The notes beneath the pieces were generated by a model. That model saw only the letters and a program-made list of their open reading frames with translations. It was not told where the DNA came from and did no database searches. A stretch of 64,000 nucleotides of DNA from Methanotrichaceae archaeon. Lineage in GTDB: Archaea; Halobacteriota; Methanosarcinia; Methanotrichales; Methanotrichaceae. Shown piece after piece: positions 11,036 to 20,328 of the stretch. A program made the translations under genes and the position numbers. The stretch's first letter is position 1; the number at the start of each line of letters is the position of its first letter. The DNA lies in NCBI GenBank assembly GCA_963754945.1, contig CAVWIG010000029.1, positions 1-64,000 on the forward strand, written 5' to 3'.

Positions 11036-12064
11036 ATGACCGATAGCTTGCTGATGATAAAGGCAGAGGAGATCCTGGAGAAGATCGAAGATGGCAAGCC
11101 GGTGGAGTACGAGAACGTCATCATCTTCGGAGATCTGGACCTGTCCAGGCTGGATCTGGCATTTAACAAAAATAATAGAAAGATTATTAAATCAACAATA
11201 AAAATTGAATATTCTGTGATCAAAGGAGACGTCTTCTTCGATCGCTCGGTCTTTACCAAACTTGTCGATTTTGATGGCAGCACCTTCAACAAGGCGGCCG
11301 ACTTCTCGGACTCACTGTTTATGGAAGATGCTGGATTCTCATCGGCTCAGTTCCAGGAAGAGGCCAAATTCTCGCGGGCCAATTTCATGACCGAGGCCAA
11401 CTTCTCCCGAGCCAGATTCGACGGAGATGCGGAGTTCGGAAACGCAAGATTCCACAAACATCTCAACCTTGACAGTGCAAAGATCTACACCATGCGATTG
11501 ACGGATGCCGCGTTTGAAGATGGATCGAGCCTCAACCTGACCAATCTGGACTTCAACCGGATTGTTGTTCGCTGGGAAACCATCAAGGACCACTTTCCCT
11601 ACAACGGCTCAGTGTACCTGGCGTTGACCAAGAACTTCAGGAACCTGGAGCAGTTTGAAGACGGGGACGACTGCTACTACCAGTATCGAAGGGGGAAGCA
11701 GTCTCGTTCGGCCTCAGTGGTCTCTAAACTGCTTGATCGTCTGGCCTTCATCTCCTGCGGGTACGGAGTTCGCCCCTCTCATACAATACTCTTGAGCTTC
11801 ACGATAATACTTCTGTTCACTGGCATCTTCTGGTCCGGCAATGTCATAAGAATCGACAGCCCTGCCCTCCAGGCGAATCAAACACACGCTATATCGGCAA
11901 AGGACGCATTCTATTTCAGCAGTATGGAGTTCCTGGGCAGAGCCCCACCGCAGAATTTGCACATCCTTGGAAGTTACGAATATCTAACTGTGATAGAGGC
12001 GCTGACAGGATGGATACTGATGGCTCTATTCCTAGTAACATTGAGCAAGGTGATGTTAAGGTAA
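11036..12064 (+). CDS. Pentapeptide-repeat protein with C-terminal two-TM ion-channel-like domain
   Basis: A(D/N)FxxAxF repeats; CGYGVRP, TM helix, DAFYFSSMEFLG pore-like helix, second TM. Confidence 0.85.
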   Translation: MTDSLLMIKAEEILEKIEDGKPVEYENVIIFGDLDLSRLDLAFNKNNRKIIKSTIKIEYSVIKGDVFFDRSVFTKLVDFDGSTFNKAADFSDSLFMEDAGFSSAQFQEEAKFSRANFMTEANFSRARFDGDAEFGNARFHKHLNLDSAKIYTMRLTDAAFEDGSSLNLTNLDFNRIVVRWETIKDHFPYNGSVYLALTKNFRNLEQFEDGDDCYYQYRRGKQSRSASVVSKLLDRLAFISCGYGVRPSHTILLSFTIILLFTGIFWSGNVIRIDSPALQANQTHAISAKDAFYFSSMEFLGRAPPQNLHILGSYEYLTVIEALTGWILMALFLVTLSKVMLR

Positions 12065-12319
12065 AATAGTACCGTACAAAGCGATACGAGAATCGATAAA
12101 CGCGAGATAATTTTAATCCTTTCGCGGTGCCAATTCCCTATGCTTGCCTTGCTAACTAGCTCTTAATCTGTCTTCCTTCTAACCTACCCCATTAAGCTAC
12201 CTTAAATTTAGCAGTTGCACTCTTTTAGAAACTCTTATATTTATTTAATACTTATTTTAATACTATATGGGCTAAGAAGCAAGGTAAGACCATATTATTT
12301 TTGAAATTCTTAAGATATG

Positions 12320-13606
12320 TGAGAGTTTCGAAAAACTAATCAATCGAAATACTTATATACTATTAATACTATAATATAATGCATGAGGACTCTCATTGAT
12401 TTTGCCATTCGAGCAGAATATGCTCGAGTAAAAGCCCTCGGAGATGATCTATCCGAGATCGGATCGTTGATCAATTGGGAGCGTTTCAGATTTTTGGAAC
12501 CATTGATATACAAAAATAAAACTAGCCGCGGAGGTCGTCCGAACATTGACATCGTGATTATGGTGAAAGCTCTCGTAATTCAGCATTGGTTTGGTCTAAC
12601 AGATCCAGAACTGGAGCGACAGGTTGCGGATAGGATCTCTTTTCGTATTTTCCTTGGCACCACTGAAGTAATTCCTGATTTCAGCACAGTTTGGCTATTC
12701 CGTGAACGTTTGATTAAGTGCGACGTATACGATGATCTTTGGAATGAGCTTCAAAGGCAGCTCGATGAGATGGGGTTTACTGTAAAGAATGGCACTATCC
12801 AGGATGCAACCTTCATAACTTCGGACCCAGGTCGGAAGAGGAACAAGAAAGACGAGCAAGGCGGGGACAAAAAGGAAGGTCAAGATTCCGAAGCCACCAG
12901 TACGAGCCTGAATCAGGAGTTTGATAAAGAGCTAATTGGTATTTCAAATAATATTATTGATGACAAGGCCAAACCACAGAGACTCGAAGAAGAGCCAATA
13001 AATGAGGGAAGTTGGGCAAAAAAGGGTGTCAAATCCTTTTTCGGATATAAAGGTCATATCTCAATCGATACCAATTACCACCTTATCAGATATTTTGAGA
13101 CTACAACTGCTTCTGTACACGATAGTCAGGTAGATCTTGGAATTGAAGGGCTACCACGTTACGCCGATAAGGGATATGATGGTGCAAAAACTCGAGGATA
13201 TGATGCAGCCATGAAAAAAGCTACAAGAGGTCACAAGCTTGGAATCATAGATCTTCTGAGGAATAAGAGAATCAGTAAAACGCGATCGCACATCGAAAGA
13301 TGCTTCGCTGTTATGAAGCGGGGGCATAAGGGAGCACATGTTTATGTAACAACTGTCGCAAGAGCTGGAGTAAAATTCATGATGAATTCGGTCGTTTACA
13401 ACCTGGAACAGTTGAAATATTTAGTGCATAAACAAACAGCCTAGCGGAAGCTCTCTAAAAAAGCGCAAAAATTAGAAACAACAAGGTAAATTGAAATCTA
13501 ATAAGCCAATTTAGGGGTGAAATATGCTAAAAAACCACTATAAAGATTGAAAATATTAACGCAAGAATTTAAGGCTTCATTAACCAACACTAAATCGAAA
13601 CCCTCA
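12320..13606 (+). mobile_element. IS5-family insertion sequence
   Basis: TIRs TGAGAGTTTCGA / TCGAAACCCTCA flanked by a 3-bp ATG duplication (12317-12319, 13607-13609). Confidence 0.92.
12383..13444 (+). CDS. IS5-family transposase
   Basis: GGRP, PDFSTVWLFRE, QDAT, FGYKGH, ADKGY, RSHIERCF. Confidence 0.93.
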   Translation: MRTLIDFAIRAEYARVKALGDDLSEIGSLINWERFRFLEPLIYKNKTSRGGRPNIDIVIMVKALVIQHWFGLTDPELERQVADRISFRIFLGTTEVIPDFSTVWLFRERLIKCDVYDDLWNELQRQLDEMGFTVKNGTIQDATFITSDPGRKRNKKDEQGGDKKEGQDSEATSTSLNQEFDKELIGISNNIIDDKAKPQRLEEEPINEGSWAKKGVKSFFGYKGHISIDTNYHLIRYFETTTASVHDSQVDLGIEGLPRYADKGYDGAKTRGYDAAMKKATRGHKLGIIDLLRNKRISKTRSHIERCFAVMKRGHKGAHVYVTTVARAGVKFMMNSVVYNLEQLKYLVHKQTA

Positions 13607-13715
13607 ATGGTTGTCATGTAACTCCTTTAAGGTATCTTGTTCATCTATAATTGGCAATTAAACTTAAACATTCTCTCACATCTCGTTCTCTACCGGCAAG
13701 GATTATTTCCAACTA

Positions 13716-14927
13716 GTGTCGCGTCAATATTGAAGTGACATAAAGTTTAAGATATATTATCTTCATATCCAACTTGGGGTAATAGCAATGAAGAAATATA
13801 TCGTAACGCTTACTGAGGACGAGCGCAAAGCTCTTAGCGACCTTACAGTCAAGGGAAAGCAAAAATCACAGAAGATTCTTAATGCATTAATTTTGCTCGG
13901 GTGTGATGAAGGCGAGTACCAAACAGAGGGCTCAACGAATGAAGAAATCGCCCGTGTGCTCAATATAAGCATGAGAAAGATAGACCGTGTAAAAAAGCGA
14001 TTTGTAGAGGGAGGTCTTGATTCAGCTCTTGAAAAAAGATTGGGAACCCGCATCTATGTCAAGAAGACCGATGGAGATTTTGAAGCCCATTTAATTGCAT
14101 TGAGTTGCAGCGAACCACCAGATGGTTTTGCGCGGTGGTCTTTGAGGCTTTTGGCCGATAAGGTCGTCGAACTAAAGTACATCGACAGCATTTCTCATGA
14201 AGCCGTGCGCCAAATTTTAAAAAAACGAGATCAAGCCGTGGCAACGCAAAGGATGGGTAATTCCACCAAATCAAAACGGTAGGTTCGTTGCAAATATGGA
14301 AATGGTATTGGATGTCTATAAGCTCCCATTTGATTCACATCATCCGGTTGTATGCATGGACGAATCTCCAAAACAGCTGATATCCGAGACAAGAGTACCT
14401 ATCGCAGTATCTCCATGGCGTGCTGCCAAATACGACTATGAATACAAACGCTGCGGCTTATCCAATATTTTCATTGCATGCGAACCGTTGGCCGGGAAGC
14501 GTATGGTAAAGGTCACTGAAAGAAAAACTGCGCTGGATTGGGCTTGCTTTATGGAAGATGTCGCCGCCCAATACGAACATGCAGAAAAGATAACATTGGT
14601 GATGGACAATTTCAGCACACATAACGCAGGATCGTTTTATGAGAAATTTACGCCAGATAAGGCAAAGGCGTTAATGGATAGGTTTGAATTTGTGTACACG
14701 CCTAAACATGGCAGTTGGCTGAATATGGCTGAGATAGAGCTGAATGTCCTTACAGGACAATGTCTGGATAGACGGATCGATAAAATCGAGATTGTTAAGG
14801 ATGAAGTAGCGGCATGGCAGGAGTTCAGAAATAATAAAAATGCAAAGGTAAATTGGCAATTCACTACAACGGATGCAAGAGTTAAACTATCTCGGCTTTA
14901 TCCGACACTAGATCGCTGACGCGACAC
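13716..14927 (+). mobile_element. IS630-family insertion sequence
   Basis: TIRs GTGTCGCGTCA / TGACGCGACAC flanked by TA duplication. Confidence 0.93.
13788..14919 (+). CDS. IS630 transposase, OrfA (HTH) and OrfB (DDE) joined by a -1 frameshift
   Basis: Slippery TTAAAAAAAC at about 14217-14226; the -1 frame reads KNEIKPWQRKGWVIPP into VCMDESP...MDN...SWLNMAEIE. Confidence 0.9.
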
Positions 14928-15290
14928 TAGCACCAATTGCCATTTTGGACATACTAGCTCACAGGCTTCGTATTTATTAAAGCCTTATTTTGAGGTGAAT
15001 CTCATATAGGGATTGGCTAAGTGGCTTTCAGGCCATTAGAATTTCGTAATTAGATTGTTTTTCAAGATTTCTCTTGACAATCGTTGACTTATCATGTCGT
15101 CTATATGCACTTAATGCAAATCAATAGTTTGATCGCAGGATCGCCCATATCGTATCCAGGAATTGATGAGATTGATATGAGCAAGCTATTGATCAGCAGA
15201 AGGGCACAGCTTAAAAGTTCAAGAAGAGCGCAAAAGCTTAAGCTGGCATGCCACAAGCTATATTTGATTTGCAATCTTTACAAGATAACC

Positions 15291-15476
15291 ATGCTTGCAA
15301 CTAAGCGTGTTGCTGTGACTGAGCCCGTATGGGCCGAGCTATCCGATCTCAGGAGGCCGGGAGAGACCTTCATCCAGCTACTCGGAGAAATGATCGAACG
15401 AGAGAAGAAGGCTCGTTTGATAGAGCATCTGAAGCAGATAGCCGACGAGGGCGATTTCGTGGAGCTGACTCCTTGA
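15291..15476 (+). CDS. Putative antitoxin (small DNA-binding protein)
   Basis: MLATKRVAV...GETFIQLL; its stop overlaps the toxin start. Confidence 0.75.
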   Translation: MLATKRVAVTEPVWAELSDLRRPGETFIQLLGEMIEREKKARLIEHLKQIADEGDFVELTP

Positions 15477-15769
15477 GCTTCAAGGTGGTGATCGATAGAA
15501 AGGACCTGGCTTACCTGTCAGAGCTACCGGAGAAGAGCCAGCGGCTTGTTAAAGAGAAGTGCCATGCCCTTGCGGAGAACCCTTTCCCTGGCCAGGGAGG
15601 TGATAAGGAGCTGTTGCATCTGGAATTCAAGCTATATCGATTGCATTTTGGGCGATCGTTCACCATGTTCTATCAAGTCTGCGAGAAGGATGGGCTGGTA
15701 AAAATCCTTGAAATTGCGACTGTCGACAAGGAGCACAAGCTCTACAAGTATTCGAAGGTGATGCATTAA
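15473..15769 (+). CDS. RelE/ParE-family toxin
   Basis: TTG start; LAENPFPG, YRLHFGRSFTMFYQV RelE-like pattern. Confidence 0.8.
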   Translation: MSFKVVIDRKDLAYLSELPEKSQRLVKEKCHALAENPFPGQGGDKELLHLEFKLYRLHFGRSFTMFYQVCEKDGLVKILEIATVDKEHKLYKYSKVMH

Positions 15770-16404
15770 CATAAAGCTGCAGAACCAGTCCTGGCACCAA
15801 CTCCAGCCGTGGGTCCAATAACCTCAGAGGTCCACGTTACCCAACCTAACGCGGCGCAGGATAATCAGGCCACGAAGGGTGGAGTCAAGGACGTAACGCA
15901 AATGGCAGGGAGAATTAATCCCAATGTATTGCCTTGGTCGTTTCGGCTCTGAATCTATGAAATTGCAGCCCGAAGCGGGATGGGATTCAGACTGGGTCCT
16001 CTGGTCCTGAGGGCGGATGGTTGGAACGCTTGTACCGACTTCACTAATCTCTGTCGTACACATCCATGCTGTCGAGATGACTACATCTAAAGGGGGCTCC
16101 TGAGTGAATTGGGTTGTCCATGGAAGGCGCAATAGGCCGATGTGTGAGGTAAAAATCTATCCAATTGGAATGCTGGTCCTGAATCCCACCAGAAGATAAT
16201 GAACTGTTTCCTGGCGGACTATCGCCTCCAGATTTCCCTACCTACGCGCCAAATTGCGAGCCAAAAGGTCTACATGGCTACATCTAACTTCTACCCAGGA
16301 AGGGTTGAAGACTGTATTAGTGGTATTTACCTGATTATCCATTATCAAACCAAAAGCCTTAAATGCAATAATAGCATCATATTGACAGCAGAAATGATAG
16401 CATA

Positions 16405-16638
16405 ATGGAGGAGAATGTAATGGAAATCGATGATCCAAAAAAGAAACAATATACGATAAGGCTTCCACCTGAAGCAAGTGGAGCACTTAAGGAAATGGCT
16501 AAAGATGAAGGAGTATCAGTAGCTGAACTAATTAGAAGGGCCATAAACTTCTATGATGTCAAATTGGAGGCCAAGAAAAATGAAAAGAAAATAGTGCTTG
16601 AGGATAAGGAGGGAAAGAGAGAATGGGTGATGGTATAG
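16405..16638 (+). CDS. Ribbon-helix-helix (CopG-like) DNA-binding protein
   Basis: YTIRLPPE...LKEMAKDEGVSVAELIRRAI. Confidence 0.85.
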   Translation: MEENVMEIDDPKKKQYTIRLPPEASGALKEMAKDEGVSVAELIRRAINFYDVKLEAKKNEKKIVLEDKEGKREWVMV

Positions 16639-16937
16639 ATCCGCAATTGATTAATGGTGTATTATCAGCGTTACTCGCTCTTTTAATTCTTTGGTTGAAA
16701 AATTCTATGGACGATAAAACCAGCGAAATAAAAGAGCGTATCTCAGTCATAGATGCAAACGTGAGTCATATAGATAATACTATCAATATATACAATCTGC
16801 AAACCCAATTGATGGCTCAACAAACACAAACCAAGATCAATATGCAACAAGTACAAGAGCCTGGCATCGCCCGTATCCCAGAACGCATTAAAGAAGAAGA
16901 CATGGAAGTAACGGAAGATGATCCCGAGATGAAGTAA
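16623..16937 (+). CDS. Small single-TM protein with coiled-coil tail
   Basis: LINGVLSALLALLILWL hydrophobic helix; overlaps or abuts neighbouring genes. Confidence 0.65.
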   Translation: MGDGIDPQLINGVLSALLALLILWLKNSMDDKTSEIKERISVIDANVSHIDNTINIYNLQTQLMAQQTQTKINMQQVQEPGIARIPERIKEEDMEVTEDDPEMK

Positions 16938-16939
16938 TT

Positions 16940-18997
16940 ATGAACATTACAGAATCTATCAACCCCGGACTAAATCCATCTCCAACACACATTGGGGAAA
17001 ACATAGGACCTGATGAAGCAGATTTAGATCAGAATCAGGCCTCAAGGGTTGCAGAAATGGGAAAGTTATTGGAGAATTATCCTGAAACCTTACTCAAGTA
17101 TGTTGTTGGTTTTGGTGTCAATAGAGGATGGACTCCATTTCACATAAATAAAGTAGCTCTGTCTCTTTTTTACGAGCTAAGGATACTTATTCCTAATTCA
17201 GTCGGCAAAGACCCTATTATTTCACCAACACAGACTATGCTTCATAGGCTTTATGATGTAGGAAAATTGGCCAAACCACCAGAATGGATCTATGAATCTA
17301 CAAAAGGCTCAGAGCCCATAGATCTTAAGGATTATGAAGAAGATCTTGATTTTCTTTACAGTGAACTAAAAGATTTAGCAAAGGATAATTTTCCTTACCT
17401 AAGAGATACTAAAAGGATAAGAAACAGACTTGGAGAAATCGGAGACCCAAAATTAGGGAAGACAAGATCAATTATTAGAGCGAAAGGAGATATCTTAGCA
17501 ATCAGTATTGACGAAAAATATTTTGCCAGATATGATTCTAATAGATATGATTATTACCACCCCGCTATCATCAGAGATTTAGGTAACCTGCAACAATTAG
17601 AAGATTTAGATTCCCTATTTGATTTATTTGTAGAATCAAAAAAGAATACCAATTATTCTGATAACCCCATAATGAGTATGAAATATCTAGAGAGCAAAAT
17701 CCAGACAATTTTTAGACAAAGGGAGAAATTATTTGACTTGCCCCTAAAATACGAAAAAGACCTAAATGACGAATCACCAGGAATGGAGCTAAAGGAGGCT
17801 TTCAGAAAGAATAGACACCCACTCTCAGATCACTCAATAATAAATAGAGGAGTGGAAATTATCGATAAAAATAGGGTTTATCCTATAATATATGAGCAAA
17901 ATAAAATCTGTATATATGAAAAAATTAAAAATTCTAGGATGACTTTTTTCCCAAAATCTGTAATGAAAAATGGTAAAGTACCTTTTGTTGTGAACTATTA
18001 TTATCTTGAATTTTTAAGAGACGCAGAAAATAATGAACCGTTTATATTTGAAAAGAATGGCGAGAAATTTATCTTGGCTCTTGGAAAAATGGGAAGGAAA
18101 AGTGTACATCCGTCTTGGGTGGAGATCTGTATCTTCAACGTAAATAAAAAAGATGATCGCGAGATACGAGAATTATCCAGCCGTCTTGAGCAGTTCATGG
18201 TTGGCATAATTGCAGGAAGATTTGAATTACCACTTGAGTGGATGGAGAATATATTACGTGGAAAGAGAAACCTTAAATATCGGCTTTATCCGCTCAACGA
18301 TGAGGCCACCATCGAATGCTTTGGAAAATATGGTTGCGAGGTGTATTCTGCAGTTTCATGTGAAATAAAAGATTATTTAAATTTTCCCATGAAAGAAGAA
18401 GACATCTGCCTAAATTTGAAGAGGTTTGTCGTTCAATCAATTAGTTCTTTGCTTGATCCAGAAGTATCCTTCAAAATTACGAATCACGAAGAATTCAGAA
18501 AATTGATACAAGACATTATTGTAAGTAAAGATATAAAAAAAATGGAATTAGATCTATTAGAGACAAAATTATATGAAATCTGTAAAGAGAAATTTACTCC
18601 TCAAAAAGATAATAAAAGACCATTATTGCTTTCGAAAGCATTTGAAGACGGATTTAATTGCGAACAGATTACATCATTATCTCTTTACATTATGACACAT
18701 TTTAGAGAATCGTTTCCTGAAATAAAGGAAATTAAAGTTTGTTATCTACCTATAGACTTTATGCAAGATTACTTTAGAGATATTCTCATAAAAGATTCAC
18801 ATTTAGTTTTGATAATTGAATTTGTAGAGGAAGAAAAGAAACTCCTTCTTTTTGACCCAACTGGATTGATTCAGAAATCCGATAAAGCGCAAATTATAAA
18901 TTATATTTTAAATGGATATATCAATAAGGAGCTATCACAGCCTTTTTATGTGCCATACAAACTTGCAGAATTAGAGGGGGTAAAGAGAACATGGTAG
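16940..18997 (+). CDS. Large hypothetical protein with C-terminal transglutaminase/papain-like Cys-His-Asp domain
   Basis: GFNCEQ ... SHLVLIIE ... LLFDPTG in the canonical order and spacing. Confidence 0.6.
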   Translation: MNITESINPGLNPSPTHIGENIGPDEADLDQNQASRVAEMGKLLENYPETLLKYVVGFGVNRGWTPFHINKVALSLFYELRILIPNSVGKDPIISPTQTMLHRLYDVGKLAKPPEWIYESTKGSEPIDLKDYEEDLDFLYSELKDLAKDNFPYLRDTKRIRNRLGEIGDPKLGKTRSIIRAKGDILAISIDEKYFARYDSNRYDYYHPAIIRDLGNLQQLEDLDSLFDLFVESKKNTNYSDNPIMSMKYLESKIQTIFRQREKLFDLPLKYEKDLNDESPGMELKEAFRKNRHPLSDHSIINRGVEIIDKNRVYPIIYEQNKICIYEKIKNSRMTFFPKSVMKNGKVPFVVNYYYLEFLRDAENNEPFIFEKNGEKFILALGKMGRKSVHPSWVEICIFNVNKKDDREIRELSSRLEQFMVGIIAGRFELPLEWMENILRGKRNLKYRLYPLNDEATIECFGKYGCEVYSAVSCEIKDYLNFPMKEEDICLNLKRFVVQSISSLLDPEVSFKITNHEEFRKLIQDIIVSKDIKKMELDLLETKLYEICKEKFTPQKDNKRPLLLSKAFEDGFNCEQITSLSLYIMTHFRESFPEIKEIKVCYLPIDFMQDYFRDILIKDSHLVLIIEFVEEEKKLLLFDPTGLIQKSDKAQIINYILNGYINKELSQPFYVPYKLAELEGVKRTW

Positions 18998-20328
18998 AAT
19001 CAACCAAACCGATAACTATCAACGAGCCAGTTATCACCCGTAAAAATGAAGATATGTTATTGTTGAACGAACTCTTCTCAGAATGCAATCTTTCGTCCCC
19101 ATATTGCCTTATAACCCCCATTGAACATAAGGCAAAAATCGAAGATCTAAGAGGTCTAATAGGTGGATTTGTCATAATAATAGAAAAGCGGGTTAATGCT
19201 GGACTTCCAAGTGATTCGCTACTAGATAGCATAAGAAGGTTGCTAATTATATTATCCAGAAACCAAAATATATCTAAAATAGTTCTTATTAGAAGTGGCA
19301 ACGAAAAAGAGCTTGGACAGATATATAAAACCATAGGAAACCTAAAAAATTTTGATGATCGAGATTGGGAGAAAATATATCTGCGAAGTAGAATGCAATC
19401 CTATGGAATTAAAAAGGACGTTGCAAAAAAAATTTTCTCTAGAATAGAATCAATTGAGAGTTTTGAGATAGATCGATTGCATATTTCCGATTTGGAAGAA
19501 AAAATTGTTGAAGAAATTTATAGTAGAAATCTTAGAAAAGTAAAACTATTAGATTTGGATAGATCTAATTCTTTCAAACCATATCCCATTCGCAAGATTG
19601 ACTGCAAATTGCTTGGAAATGGAGAATTCAGCGGATTTGCAGATCTATTTAATTATGCTGAGGGAGTATTAATGTGCTCGGGAGAAATAGGAAAAGACCT
19701 CAACGAATTGCCACGAATTCAACTCAAGGAACAATTTTATGGAAAAATAAAGCGATCTGAAAATCCCAAAAAAACTTCAAAGGAATTGGAGAAATTTTTA
19801 AAAAATCAAGGAATAATGAATTCTTCTGAGATTTATGAAAATTGTATACATCTAAAAGGTTTTTTTAGCTCAAGAATTTATGGCCCAAGAAAAACCGAAA
19901 AAAATAATATATACATTAATTATGAGCATTTCATCACGAGACTTAAAGACGCGATTAAGAATTGCCAATCTTGCTATTCTCAAACGCTTCATTTAGTAAC
20001 CGAAGAAGATGGATTACTAATTGAAACACAAATTGGATGGGAAAGCATAACTCCGCATTTGAGCATTATAGACGGAGATTTTATTATCTCTTTTACTCAC
20101 ACGCTCCGGTCAGTTGATCTCTACGACGGCATGCCTTTTAATCTATATTTTAGTTACGATTTTTCCAAAGAAATAGTAAAAAATTTGGAGAGCCAATTAG
20201 TTGAAGAGGGATTAAGAATTAATATAAAACTAGGCTATATTGAATTTGCAATAAAACATCTACATGCGTATCTTGATAGTGTTCCTATCGAAGTTATCAA
20301 AAGCAGAGGAGGATGGACGAGAAAATGA
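18991..20328 (+). CDS. Degenerate MtrA-like + thymidylate-synthase-like fusion protein lacking the catalytic Cys
   Basis: SIRRLLIILSRNQNISKIVL (MtrA-like); IYGPR, LRSVDLYDGMPFN, KHLHAY (TS motifs); QIGW where PC is expected. Confidence 0.65.
   Translation: MVESTKPITINEPVITRKNEDMLLLNELFSECNLSSPYCLITPIEHKAKIEDLRGLIGGFVIIIEKRVNAGLPSDSLLDSIRRLLIILSRNQNISKIVLIRSGNEKELGQIYKTIGNLKNFDDRDWEKIYLRSRMQSYGIKKDVAKKIFSRIESIESFEIDRLHISDLEEKIVEEIYSRNLRKVKLLDLDRSNSFKPYPIRKIDCKLLGNGEFSGFADLFNYAEGVLMCSGEIGKDLNELPRIQLKEQFYGKIKRSENPKKTSKELEKFLKNQGIMNSSEIYENCIHLKGFFSSRIYGPRKTEKNNIYINYEHFITRLKDAIKNCQSCYSQTLHLVTEEDGLLIETQIGWESITPHLSIIDGDFIISFTHTLRSVDLYDGMPFNLYFSYDFSKEIVKNLESQLVEEGLRINIKLGYIEFAIKHLHAYLDSVPIEVIKSRGGWTRK

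Noticed and set aside
15084-15290. N-terminal extension of the antitoxin ORF (the toxin ORF is similarly over-extended from 15329)
   Set aside because: The TA-like sequences begin at 15291 and 15473; the upstream part is promoter-like
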